Assembly: GCA_046045965.1 (NCBI GenBank)
Contig: JBJOKS010000009.1
Coordinates: 64,001 to 128,000, forward strand
Reading direction: 5' to 3'
Length of the DNA stretch: 64,000 nt
Source of the DNA: Cyanobacteriota bacterium
Lineage (GTDB): Bacteria; Cyanobacteriota; Cyanobacteriia; Cyanobacteriales; Nostocaceae
Shown here: positions 19,353-29,286 of the stretch, piece after piece
Layout: the number at the start of each line of letters is the position of its first letter
How positions within the stretch are numbered: the first letter of the stretch is position 1
The notes under the pieces: model-generated
The model's database searches: none
What the model saw: the letters and a program-made list of their open reading frames with translations, nothing else
What the model was told of the DNA's origin: nothing
Position numbers and translations under genes: made by a program

Positions 19353-20240
19353 ATGAAAATTTACCACAGCGTAGGCACGTTTAAAGGTGTTGGGGGGATT
19401 GACCTGTATTATCAAAGCTGGAATCCAGGGGGTAAAATTAAGGCGATATTAGCATTGGTGCATGGACTTGGAGGACACAGCGGACTTTACCAAAATATAA
19501 TCCAGCATTTGTTACCTCAGCAATATGCTGTTTATGGTTTAGATTTACGTGGTCATGGACAGTCACCAGGTCAAAGAGGTTACATCAATACTTGGGCTGA
19601 GTTTCGTGATGACGTGCGAACCTTCTTACAAATGATTCAAAAGCAGCAACCAGGATGCCCAATTTTCCTTTTTGGGCATAGCATGGGCGGAATGATTGTT
19701 TTAGAATATGTTTTACGTTATCCAGAAGATACATCTGCATTACAAGGAGTAATTACTGTTGCACCGAGTATTGGAGAAGTGGGAGTATCACCTGTGCGTG
19801 TGCTGTTAGGAAAAATGCTTTCGCGGGTGTGGCCACGTTTTTCCTTAAATACTGGACTGGACGCAGATGCTGGTTCACGAGATCCGCAAATTGTAGCTTC
19901 CTACACTCAAGATCCTTTACGCCATACTCGTGCTACAGCCCGTTTTTCCACAGAGTTCTTTACTACAATAACTTGGATCAATGACCATGCTGCGGAATGG
20001 AAAATACCACTATTAATTTTACATGGTGGTGCTGACAGAGTGGTTTTACCTGGAGGCAGTAAAATTTTTTATCAGCGTGTGACTTACCCAGATAAGCTCC
20101 GCATTGAATATCCAGGAGCCTACCACGATTTACATTGTGACATTAATTATTGTGAAGTGCTGAATGATTTGAATAATTGGATGGAAAAACATTTACCTGC
20201 TGAAGCCGGAAGGTTAGAGGCGGTCATGAGTAACGAGTGA
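19353..20240 (+). CDS. alpha/beta hydrolase (lysophospholipase/monoacylglycerol lipase-like)
   Basis: HGLGGH, DLRGHG, GHSMGG nucleophile elbow, HGGAD and YHDL. Confidence 0.9.
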   Translation: MKIYHSVGTFKGVGGIDLYYQSWNPGGKIKAILALVHGLGGHSGLYQNIIQHLLPQQYAVYGLDLRGHGQSPGQRGYINTWAEFRDDVRTFLQMIQKQQPGCPIFLFGHSMGGMIVLEYVLRYPEDTSALQGVITVAPSIGEVGVSPVRVLLGKMLSRVWPRFSLNTGLDADAGSRDPQIVASYTQDPLRHTRATARFSTEFFTTITWINDHAAEWKIPLLILHGGADRVVLPGGSKIFYQRVTYPDKLRIEYPGAYHDLHCDINYCEVLNDLNNWMEKHLPAEAGRLEAVMSNE

Positions 20241-20363
20241 TGGATCATATTCCCAACCCAAAATCCAAAATCCAAAATCTCAAATTGCCACGGTCAATGC
20301 TCCTGTAGATTGGTAGAGTGGAAACATAACAAAAGATAAACTCGCCAGATTTCACCGCATAAC

Positions 20364-21224
20364 ATGGGCAGTATTTGGGAACTCGATTTTTACTCTCGTC
20401 CGATTTTGGACGCAAATCAAAAAAAAGTTTGGGAAATCTTAGTGTGTGAAAGTCCTGTGGATGTCCGCACCAAAACAGATTCCTTGTTTCGCTATGCTCA
20501 ATATTGCCCTAGTACCCAAGTAAATTCGGTTTGGTTGCGTACAGCGTTACAGGAAGCTATTGAGAAAGCAGGAGAAGCGCCCATCAAAATCCGCTTTTTC
20601 CGTCGGCAAATGAATAATATGATTACCAAAGCCTGTCAGGATGCGGGTATTCCGGCTTTACCAAGTCGGCGCACTTTGGTTCTCAACCAATGGCTACAAC
20701 AACGAATGGAGGAAGTTTATCCCCAAGAACCAGGATATCAAGGGGGTGCTAATCCTTCGGTGCGTTTAGATAGACCCTTACCCCAACGTTTACCAGATGC
20801 TTTGGAAGGTAAACAATGGGCATTTGTGACTTTAGAAGCCAGGGATTTTGCGGATATGCCAGAGTGGGAAATTGGCTTTGGTGAAGCTTTTCCCTTAGAT
20901 TTAGCCCAATTAACCCCAGAAACTCGCATTCCGGGGATTTTGATTTTTTCACCTAGAGCTTTACCTATTGCTGGGTGGATGTCTGGTTTGGAAATGGCTT
21001 ACTTACACTTTGACACCAAGCAAGGAGACAGACTGATTTTAGAAACCGGCGCAACGGAAAGCTGGGTTGTGGCAAATATCAGAACTCCCCAACTTCTGAA
21101 AGAAGCTCAAGGTTTTGAAGCAACAAAGCAACAAGCCAATGGTGTGCATTTTATTGGTGTACAGTCCGATCCCCAAGCTCAGTCTTTTGCAGGTTTTTGG
21201 CTCTTACAAGAGGTGAATCTGTAA
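20364..21224 (+). CDS. Tab2/Atab2 family RNA-binding protein
   Basis: WELDFYSRP...[13 protein letters not shown]...FAGFWLL. Confidence 0.9.
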   Translation: MGSIWELDFYSRPILDANQKKVWEILVCESPVDVRTKTDSLFRYAQYCPSTQVNSVWLRTALQEAIEKAGEAPIKIRFFRRQMNNMITKACQDAGIPALPSRRTLVLNQWLQQRMEEVYPQEPGYQGGANPSVRLDRPLPQRLPDALEGKQWAFVTLEARDFADMPEWEIGFGEAFPLDLAQLTPETRIPGILIFSPRALPIAGWMSGLEMAYLHFDTKQGDRLILETGATESWVVANIRTPQLLKEAQGFEATKQQANGVHFIGVQSDPQAQSFAGFWLLQEVNL

Positions 21225-21253
21225 GAAGAGGGAACAGGTAATATCTGTCTTTC

Positions 21254-21354
21254 TTCTGCCTCCTGCCTCCTGCCTTCTGCCTTCTGCCTCCTGCCTTCTG
21301 CCTCCTGCCTTCTGCCTTCTGCCTCCTGCCTCCTGCCTTCTGCCTCCTGCCTCC
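21254..21354. repeat. heptamer tandem repeat (CTGCCT[C/T]), about 14 units
   Basis: Seen directly; explains the spurious ORF 21151..21363. Confidence 0.9.
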
Positions 21355-21452
21355 AATTACCACGAAAATTACAACTGTTGAGTCGCGCTGATGGGATAAT
21401 GGCTAGGTCTATCTAGGCTTGAACATCCGAAATCCACAATTGATCAAGGAAA

Positions 21453-22766
21453 ATGGGTTCTGCAAACTTGTCACGAGATACACTAGCGGAACAGCTGCTA
21501 GAACTTGCCTTAAAATCTGGCGCAGAGGCTGCGGAAGTGTATCAGTCGCGATCGCTTTCTCGTCCTGTGTTTTTTGAGGCTAACCGCCTGAAACAACTAG
21601 AAACCAGTCAATCTGAAGGTACAGCATTGCGGCTATGGCGAAACGGTCGTCCGGGACTTACAGTGGCCTATGGTTCTGTAGATCCTCAAGCAATGGTGGA
21701 AAAATCCACCGCCCTGAGTCAACTAAATCAGCCGGAATCAGTAGAACTCAGTAGTAATTCTGAAAAAGACTACCCTGATCTGGGGGAAGCTGTGTCAGTA
21801 GAAAAACTGATAGACTGGGGCAAAAATGCGATCGCTCTCATTCGTGAATTCTATCCTGATGTTCTCTGTAACAGTGATTGGGAATGTGATGTTGAAAATA
21901 CTCGGTTAATTAACAGCAAAGGCTTGGATTGTCACTACAGTGACACAACCCTGAGTTGCTATATGTCCGCAGAATGGGTGAGAGGTGATGATTTTTTAAG
22001 TGTTGCAGATGGACAAACCCAAAGGGGAGAACTTGATCCCGCCAGAGTAGCATATCAAATTTTACAGCGATTAAATTGGGCGCAAGAAAACGTTTCTACT
22101 CCCAGCGGCCGAGTTCCCATTTTATTTACTTCTAAAGCAGCGGATATGCTTTGGGGAACTGTCCAAGCTGCTGTAAATGGTAAACAAGTTTTAGAAAGAG
22201 CTTCTCCTTGGGCGGAAAGGTTAGGTCAACCTATTGTTGCACCTACTCTCACCCTTTACCAAGATCCACAAGCTGGTCCTTATAGTTGTCCTTTTGATGA
22301 TGAGGGCAATCCTACCAAATCTTTGATATTTATTGAAAACGGAATTTTAAAGAATTTTTATAGCGATCGCACCACTGGAAGACAATTAGGTATTGGTAGT
22401 ACCGGGAACGGTTTTCGTCCTGGTTTGGGTAGTTATCCCACCCCTGGTTTATTTAACTTCCTGATCCAACCTGGTACTGCATCCCTACAAGAATTAATTC
22501 AAGAGATGGATGAAGGTTTAATTGTCGATCAAATATTAGGAGAAAGTGGTGGAATTTCCGGTGATTTTTCTATCAATATTGATTTGGGGTATCTGGTAAA
22601 AAAAGGTCAAATAATTGGCCGAGTTAAGGATACAATGGTTGCTGGTAATGTTTACACAGCCCTGAAACAAATAGTAAAACTGGGTGGAGATGCAGATTGG
22701 AATGGTTCTTGTTATACTCCTTCATTAATAGTAGAAGGACTTTCTACGACTGGGAAAAATAGTTAA
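21453..22766 (+). CDS. TldD/PmbA family protein (PmbA-like)
   Basis: PFDDEG, STGNG and SGDFS motifs; no HExxH. Confidence 0.88.
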   Translation: MGSANLSRDTLAEQLLELALKSGAEAAEVYQSRSLSRPVFFEANRLKQLETSQSEGTALRLWRNGRPGLTVAYGSVDPQAMVEKSTALSQLNQPESVELSSNSEKDYPDLGEAVSVEKLIDWGKNAIALIREFYPDVLCNSDWECDVENTRLINSKGLDCHYSDTTLSCYMSAEWVRGDDFLSVADGQTQRGELDPARVAYQILQRLNWAQENVSTPSGRVPILFTSKAADMLWGTVQAAVNGKQVLERASPWAERLGQPIVAPTLTLYQDPQAGPYSCPFDDEGNPTKSLIFIENGILKNFYSDRTTGRQLGIGSTGNGFRPGLGSYPTPGLFNFLIQPGTASLQELIQEMDEGLIVDQILGESGGISGDFSINIDLGYLVKKGQIIGRVKDTMVAGNVYTALKQIVKLGGDADWNGSCYTPSLIVEGLSTTGKNS

Positions 22767-22899
22767 TTTAAGGTGACAGGTGACAGGTGACAGGTGACAG
22801 TAAGAAGGGAATAGGGAATAGGTTAATTAAAAAAAATTCTGACTCTTGACTTCTGACTCCTTGATATCCTGACTCCTGACTCCTACTTGATAACTAACT

Positions 22900-24195
22900 T
22901 CAATGCAAGCGATCGCTAAAATACATCTGATATAATTTACATCTGACTCTGACATCATTACCTTCCTGTTTAATTAACCCCATCCCTTCCAATCTTTTCA
23001 GGGGAATAGTTTTTTGATCTGCTCTGACACACTCGTGATTAATAATATGTTTAAAAACATTTCCTAATTCTTGGTTATTTTGTAAATATTCCAAATATCT
23101 AATTAAATGGTGTTGATAAATTCCACCGTCCTTACCCATATCTGCCAGCAATTGTTTAAGACTAATATGATGATGATATAAATGATAAAATGCTAATCTT
23201 ACTAAATAAGGATGTCCTCCCACCATTGACATCAGAGGTATAGCATTTTCCCTATTTAGCAAATGACGAGAAGCTAAATTCTGCACTTCTTCTAAATTAA
23301 ATTCTTCTAATTGCATGGATAATCCCACATTACTAAAAGGAGATTCATTAATACTTATTTTGCCATAATCTTCCGTCGAATGGGCAAGAACTAACCGCAA
23401 TTTCTCCCAAGTTTCTGATTCTTTGGATTTTTCATGCCAAGCCCGTAACATGGGAAAAAAGTTTTGATATATTTGAGGATATTCAAATAGTCTATCTACC
23501 TCATCCAGAACTAAAACTAAATCCCGATCTAACTTTTTTAAGACATTTTGAAACTGTCGAGTACAATGAATTGTACTAGAAAGATCCTGATCCCATTCAT
23601 CTAGGGGAGGTGCGGCTGAAAACTCAACTTGAAAATAAGCATAAAATCCTCTAAAAAAATTATAGATATTACTTAATTGTTGCGTATCAATTTGGCTCAA
23701 ATCTAGTTCCACCGCATAATAATTATTATTTTTGGCTTGAGCAATTATTCTTTTGAGCAAAGAAGTTTTACCCATTTGTTTGGGGGCTTTAATCCGAATT
23801 AATGCCCCTGGTTTTTGAATTTCATTATTCCAAAGACATTGACAATTATTACCTTGAATATAATAGGGTGAATTTAGCGGTTCTGAACCTTCAGGAAAAT
23901 GGGGACTGGAACTATAGCCGTACTTTTCGGCAACTATGGGACTGACTAATTGAGGCTGAAACCGCAAAAATAACCGCACTAAACTTTCTTTATAATCTGC
24001 ATCTTCTACAGGATTAATATCAAACTTTTTGCAGATATTTTTGATATGGTGAATAGCTCCAGTTCGGTCATTAGCACCGATTTTATCAACTATTTCTTGG
24101 TCAGATATTCCTTGGAGAAACAGAGATAAAACTTGTTTTTGTTTAGGAGTTAGTTCTTCTGGATAAATTGTTTTAAAAGTTTCTTGATTCATCAA
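22900..24195 (-). CDS. AAA_35 (AAA-like/STAND-related) NTPase with N-terminal HTH-like domain
   Basis: LTPKQKQVLSLFLQG.SDQEI HTH; Walker A APKQMGKT; Walker B LVLDEVD; GGHPYL. Confidence 0.85.
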   Translation of the reverse strand: MMNQETFKTIYPEELTPKQKQVLSLFLQGISDQEIVDKIGANDRTGAIHHIKNICKKFDINPVEDADYKESLVRLFLRFQPQLVSPIVAEKYGYSSSPHFPEGSEPLNSPYYIQGNNCQCLWNNEIQKPGALIRIKAPKQMGKTSLLKRIIAQAKNNNYYAVELDLSQIDTQQLSNIYNFFRGFYAYFQVEFSAAPPLDEWDQDLSSTIHCTRQFQNVLKKLDRDLVLVLDEVDRLFEYPQIYQNFFPMLRAWHEKSKESETWEKLRLVLAHSTEDYGKISINESPFSNVGLSMQLEEFNLEEVQNLASRHLLNRENAIPLMSMVGGHPYLVRLAFYHLYHHHISLKQLLADMGKDGGIYQHHLIRYLEYLQNNQELGNVFKHIINHECVRADQKTIPLKRLEGMGLIKQEGNDVRVRCKLYQMYFSDRLH

Positions 24196-24529
24196 CTTAT
24201 CTCAATTGTATTTGCAGCATTAAATCGTAAAAAATTAAATTTTTTAATAAACAGATTACTTGGACGCGATTTAGTTACAAATGCAACGTTTGGAACTGAT
24301 TTATCTTTTGTGTCACATTATCTAATTTTACATCATTTGTGACATAATATGAAATTGCCACCGATAAAATCAACCTGTCATCTGTTATACAACTCAGACA
24401 ATTTTCACATTTTGGACTGACTTTGTGAAATTTGTGAGAAATTACTCAAATTTTTAGCAGTCCGAGGAAAAACAATTAACATACTACTCAGAAGTATAGC
24501 TTAAAAGTGATTTTACTTATACCTAAGAT

Positions 24530-25654
24530 ATGAACAGCAAATTTACACGGGTGATAACATCAGCATTTCTAACGCTTCTCATCATGGGTGGGGGAGCGAA
24601 AGTAATTGCTTCTAGACTGGGAGAAACATCGCCAAAGCAAGCTTTTCCGGGACAGGAAACACTATATAAGCTCATCCTCGCGCAAAGTTCTGAAGAAGAA
24701 ATTCGCATTCGAGTCAATGAAAAAGCCAGTCCTGCGGTAGTGACAATTAAGCATGGTGATAGTTTAGGTAGTGGGTTTATTGTGACTCGCAATGGACTGG
24801 TGTTAACAAATGCTCACGTGCTAGAAGATGCTCCATCTACTGTGACAGTGATTTTAGCAGATGGGAGACAAGTTTTAGCAGATGTAATTGGGTTTCAAGG
24901 ACAAGGTTTAGATTTAGCAGCGGTCAAAATTCGTAATCAAAATAATTTACCGACTGTGAAGTTAGCAAAACCAGGATCTACGCGTGTGGGACAATCAGTA
25001 TATGCAATTGGTTTTCCCTTTGGGTTAGAACGTACCTTTACCAGTGGTGTGGTAAGTCGCATAGATAGAAAAAGAAACTGGATACAACACGATGCAGCCA
25101 TTAATCCTGGTAATTCTGGTGGTCCGCTGCTTAATTCCAAAGCTGAAGTAATTGGGGTGAATACATTATTAATTAATCCCAATAATGAAAGTAATACAGG
25201 AATTAGTATAGCGATCGCAGTTGAAGAAGTACAACCTTTTTTAACAGCACTCATCAAGGGTGATACATCTTTAATTGCTCGTCAACCAAAATCCCGCAAT
25301 AATGAAAATGTAGCCATTAAAGAATTACCAATTGATGGCAAAACTGTCACAGCAAAACTAAAAGCAGGTGATGATGTTTTACCCAATAACACTTATTTCC
25401 AAATTTACGCCTTTAAAGGTCAAGCTGGTCAACAAGTGACAATTGAAATGAATAGTAAACAAATAGATTCAGCTTTGTTTTTAGTTTCAAGTAATCAGAA
25501 TAAATTGATTGACAATAATGATGACATTTCCCCTAACAATTTTAATGCTCGGTTGGTAGTTACTCTACCAGAAGATGGGGCTTATTATGTCATTGCTAAT
25601 GCTTTTGAACAAGGAGAATCAGGTGAATACAGCTTAAAGGCAACTTTTAAATAA
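24530..25654 (+). CDS. exported trypsin-like (S1C) serine protease with C-terminal PPC domain
   Basis: Triad TNAHV / DLA / GNSGGP; PPC-like YAFKGQAGQQVTIEM...GAYYVIA. Confidence 0.9.
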   Translation: MNSKFTRVITSAFLTLLIMGGGAKVIASRLGETSPKQAFPGQETLYKLILAQSSEEEIRIRVNEKASPAVVTIKHGDSLGSGFIVTRNGLVLTNAHVLEDAPSTVTVILADGRQVLADVIGFQGQGLDLAAVKIRNQNNLPTVKLAKPGSTRVGQSVYAIGFPFGLERTFTSGVVSRIDRKRNWIQHDAAINPGNSGGPLLNSKAEVIGVNTLLINPNNESNTGISIAIAVEEVQPFLTALIKGDTSLIARQPKSRNNENVAIKELPIDGKTVTAKLKAGDDVLPNNTYFQIYAFKGQAGQQVTIEMNSKQIDSALFLVSSNQNKLIDNNDDISPNNFNARLVVTLPEDGAYYVIANAFEQGESGEYSLKATFK

Positions 25655-25666
25655 TATTCATACCTA

Positions 25667-25752
25667 GATCCCCCCAACCCCCCTTACAAAGGGGGGCTAA
25701 ATTTCTCAAATTTTCTCAAAGTCCCCCTTTTTAAGGGGGATTTAGGGGGATC
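25667..25752. repeat. MITE-like element with GATCCCCC...GGGGGATC ends
   Basis: Terminal inverted repeats; related copies at 28941-29209 and 30609-30645. Confidence 0.75.
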
Positions 25753-25780
25753 TGTAAACCCAACAAATCACAATCGAACC

Positions 25781-26320
25781 ATGAATAAAAAATCAGTTCT
25801 CACTTTTTTACTTACCAGCAGTTTTGCTATTGGTTTTTTAACATCTACCATTGCTCAATCTACAGATAAATCACCCGTTAAGTTTATCTGTAATCAAAGT
25901 TTTGATCAAAAGGCAAACAACAACTTACCCACAACATTTGCTTGGCATTCTAAAGGTAAAACTGCCCTCATTAGATGGGAAACAAATTATTTCCGCAATT
26001 ATTCCCCCCAGCGTCGTTGTGAGGAAGTATCTCCCCGTTTTCAACAAGCTTATGACAATGGTACTATCAACTTGATTACTAATGGCAGAATGAATAATCA
26101 ACCAGTGATTTGTACTGTTCGTGAATATGGTGCAGCTTGCGATACTTTGTTAATGACTTTACGACCAGAAGACAATTCTTTACAAGTTCTGAATTTGTTT
26201 AAACAAATTTTTAGCGGTCGTCAAGAAGGTCCTGTTAAACATAGTTCTGGTACTCCTCAAATTTACTATAAAATCAATATTGAGGAGTTTCTTCGTAATG
26301 CTCCTGTAGAGAAGAAATAA
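25781..26320 (+). CDS. COP23 domain protein (exported), paralogue 1
   Basis: Signal peptide; KFIC...PTT...IRW...YSPQRRCEEVSPRFQ...NNQPVIC...LLMTL. Confidence 0.85.
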   Translation: MNKKSVLTFLLTSSFAIGFLTSTIAQSTDKSPVKFICNQSFDQKANNNLPTTFAWHSKGKTALIRWETNYFRNYSPQRRCEEVSPRFQQAYDNGTINLITNGRMNNQPVICTVREYGAACDTLLMTLRPEDNSLQVLNLFKQIFSGRQEGPVKHSSGTPQIYYKINIEEFLRNAPVEKK

Positions 26321-26331
26321 GAAATCTTTGA

Positions 26332-26439
26332 TCTCGTTCCCAGTCTCCGACTGGGAATGTCATCACAGAGTCTCTGACTCTGATTTTACCAAAGGCAGAG
26401 CCTTTAGAATTCATTCCCATACAGAGTATGGGAACGAGA
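26332..26439. repeat. dispersed element of about 108 bp with TCTCGTTCCC/GGGAACGAGA terminal inverted repeats
   Basis: 10-bp TIR and internal hairpins seen directly. Confidence 0.7.
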
Positions 26440-26485
26440 GAAAATTATCCAGTTCACAAAACCATTAAATCAACTCTTAATTACC

Positions 26486-28933
26486 ATGAAAAAGCCAATT
26501 CTTCTTTCTCTCATTGCCTGTGTTGGTTCTTTATTATTTCTCCCCACAGTCACCGCTCAATTATCAACACCAAAATCAAAAAATAACCCGTCTTTAATTG
26601 CTAACCAAAACATATCAGCTAACGTGCGTCAAATTGCCCAAGCAATCACTGTAAAAGTCTATGTTGGAGATAGTCGCGGTTCTGGTGTTTTAATTGCTAA
26701 AAAAGGTCAAGCTTATACGGTTTTAACTAATGCTCATGTAGTTAGTCGTAGTAAATCCTATCGCATTCAAACACCAGATGGTAAATTTCATCAAGCCGTG
26801 ATTAAAAATCAAGGTGATTCATTAAAAGGAAATGATTTAGCAGTATTGGAGTTTCAATCATCGACTAACTATAGTATTGCTGCTTTAGGTAACTCATCGG
26901 CATTATTAGAAGGTGAAGAAGTTTATACGGCTGGATTTCCTTTTGATCAAGATAATTTGAATTTGACTGCGGGTAAAATATCGGTAGTTGTTTCTAAACC
27001 CTTGGTAGGTGGTTATCAAATTGGTTATACCAATACAACTGTTCAAGGCATGAGTGGTGGTGCATTATTAAATCAGGAAGGTAAGTTAATTGGTGTGATA
27101 GGAATGGGTGCAAATGCGATTTTAAATAATGCTTATCTTTATGAAGATGGAACAAAACCAAATGATACTACTATTGCTAAATTGAGAGATTCTAGTTTTG
27201 CTGTTCCCATTGCCACTATCCTCAAAGTCGCATCTCAATTAGCCACTACTTTACCGCGACAAAAACGTAATTATGTAGGAATAGTGGGAAAGGTAGATAA
27301 TATTGCTGAACAAATTACTGTGAAAATAGATTCAGATTCAGATAATAATGATGGTTCAGGGGTAATTGTTGCTAAACAAGGGCAAACTTATTATGTTTTA
27401 ACTGCGCGTCATGTTGTTGAAAATCAAGATAAATATCAAATTATTACTCCTGATGATCAAAAATATTCACTACAACCTAACAACATCACGCTTTTAGAAA
27501 ATGCAGATTTAGCAGTGGTGCAGTTTACTTCTAATCAAACTTATCAAGTTGCAACTATAGGTAATTATAATTTCTATGCATCACCTTGGATTTTTGTTTC
27601 TGGATTTCCAGCTAAACAAAACTTATCACAGCGACTATTAACTGCTGGAGAAAATCATTTTTTAGGAGAATCAGCCATCAAAGACCAATCTTCTTTTTCG
27701 CAAGGTCAAGAGTTATTGAACACAAATATTTCTTATCGCGGTATGAGTGGCGCACCTATTCTAGATACAAATGGGTGGGTAATTGGTATTAATACAGCCT
27801 CAGAAACTGAGTATCCTACGAATCAAAAAGGAGAGGTGGTTGAGTTTAGTGCAGGGTTTAGTTTAGGAATACCAATCAAAGAATTTTTAAGGCAAGAAAC
27901 AAAGACAAAAATTAAACCAGAGTGGTTAAAAGTGGAAACAGAAAGGCCCGATTTTTTGAACACACAAGCAGAAGAACTGATTAAACATCAATTATTTAAT
28001 TTAGTAGAACCAGCTAAAGATGCCGATGCTTTTGCTTGGCTGAATTATGGTAATCAATTATGGCGTTCAAAGAGGGCAGATGAAGCAATTAGAGCTTTTG
28101 ACAGAGCTATTGAAATTATTAAAGCACAACCAAACTTTGACAAACAATATTATGCCCTAGCTTATTATGGTAAAGGCTTGGCGTTTAGGTTTAATTTTAA
28201 ATATCCAGAAGCAATAAAAGCTTTTGAGCAAGCTATTCAAATTGATCCGCAATTGTGGCAAGCATGGCGCGGTCGTGGTGATATACTTTGGCAGCAAGCA
28301 TTTAATAAGGATGGTGATTCAACTTCAGTTTTAGAAAAATACTCAGAGGCAGCGAAATCATATCAGCAAGCGATTAGAATTATTGAAATTAATTGTAAAG
28401 AAATTAATTGTAAATTATTTAGGTTACATACAAAGCTAGGCTATACGTATGAAAAATTAGGAAATTATCAAGATGCTATTGCTGCTTACACTGAAGCAAT
28501 TAAAATTAATCCTAAAAGTCCAGAGGGTTATTCCGGTAGGGTAAGAGCTTACCAAGAACAAGGAAAATATGCAGAAGCAATAGCTGATTACACCACAATT
28601 ATTAAGATTGATCCTAATAATTTCTCTGCTTATATTAATATTGGCTTAATCAAATACGAACAAGGAGATAAACCAGCGGCACTGAAACAGTGGCAAGAAG
28701 CTTTTAACATTAACAATAAAGCCGCAGAACCTTTAACTTTAATGGGAATGGCGATTATTTTCTATTTACAAGGAGAACAGGAAAAGGGTTTAAATATGGC
28801 AGAAACTGCGGTGCGTTTAGATAAAAACTTTGCTAATGTGGAATTTTTGAAACAGAATCTGTGGGGTGAGCGTTTAGTTGCAGATGCACAAAAATTAATC
28901 TCTCATCCGCGCATTCAAGCAATCATTAAGTAG
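26486..28933 (+). CDS. exported tandem trypsin-like protease with C-terminal TPR repeats
   Basis: Two triads (TNAHV/NDLA/GMSGG and TARHV/ADLA/GMSGA) followed by TPRs. Confidence 0.9.
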   Translation: MKKPILLSLIACVGSLLFLPTVTAQLSTPKSKNNPSLIANQNISANVRQIAQAITVKVYVGDSRGSGVLIAKKGQAYTVLTNAHVVSRSKSYRIQTPDGKFHQAVIKNQGDSLKGNDLAVLEFQSSTNYSIAALGNSSALLEGEEVYTAGFPFDQDNLNLTAGKISVVVSKPLVGGYQIGYTNTTVQGMSGGALLNQEGKLIGVIGMGANAILNNAYLYEDGTKPNDTTIAKLRDSSFAVPIATILKVASQLATTLPRQKRNYVGIVGKVDNIAEQITVKIDSDSDNNDGSGVIVAKQGQTYYVLTARHVVENQDKYQIITPDDQKYSLQPNNITLLENADLAVVQFTSNQTYQVATIGNYNFYASPWIFVSGFPAKQNLSQRLLTAGENHFLGESAIKDQSSFSQGQELLNTNISYRGMSGAPILDTNGWVIGINTASETEYPTNQKGEVVEFSAGFSLGIPIKEFLRQETKTKIKPEWLKVETERPDFLNTQAEELIKHQLFNLVEPAKDADAFAWLNYGNQLWRSKRADEAIRAFDRAIEIIKAQPNFDKQYYALAYYGKGLAFRFNFKYPEAIKAFEQAIQIDPQLWQAWRGRGDILWQQAFNKDGDSTSVLEKYSEAAKSYQQAIRIIEINCKEINCKLFRLHTKLGYTYEKLGNYQDAIAAYTEAIKINPKSPEGYSGRVRAYQEQGKYAEAIADYTTIIKIDPNNFSAYINIGLIKYEQGDKPAALKQWQEAFNINNKAAEPLTLMGMAIIFYLQGEQEKGLNMAETAVRLDKNFANVEFLKQNLWGERLVADAQKLISHPRIQAIIK

Positions 28934-28940
28934 GTTTTTT

Positions 28941-29209
28941 GATCCCCCTAAATCCCCCTTAAAAAGGGGACTTTGATTCTAATTACTCCATTAATAAGGG
29001 GACTTTGGTTTTAATTACTCTATTAATAAGGGTAACTTTGATTTTAATTACTCCATTAATAAGGAGACTTTGATTCTAATTACTCCATTAAAAAGGGGGA
29101 CTTTAATTCTAATTCCACCCTTAAAAGGGGATTTTGATTCTAATTACTCCATTAAAAAGGGGGACTTTGATTCTGATTCCCCCCTTATTAAGGGGGGCTA
29201 GGGGGGATC
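28941..29209. repeat. GATCCCCC-TIR element with 7 internal tandem units of 31-33 bp
   Basis: Unit about AAGGGGACTTTGATTCTAATTACTCCATTAAT; ACTTT/ATTTT anchors at 28970, 29002, 29035, 29067, 29100, 29131 and 29164. Confidence 0.85.
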
Positions 29210-29286
29210 TAAGTAAGTGGGTGGTATTCTCGAAAATAGTCCATTTGAAAATTTCATACTTTCTACAAAATACAGGATTTAGAACC

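Noticed and set aside
21151..21363. ORF with GRRQKA repeats (also 61074..61265, 8712..8906, 58380..58562, 11905..12105)
   Set aside because: These are translations of heptamer or dispersed DNA repeats, not credible proteins.
28941..29209. CRISPR array
   Set aside because: Units are contiguous and degenerate with no unique spacers, are enclosed by TIRs, and there are no cas genes in the window.
29134..29286. Extended N-terminus of the TPR protein
   Set aside because: It starts within the repeat element; the signal-peptide start MNKK at 29287 is more plausible.
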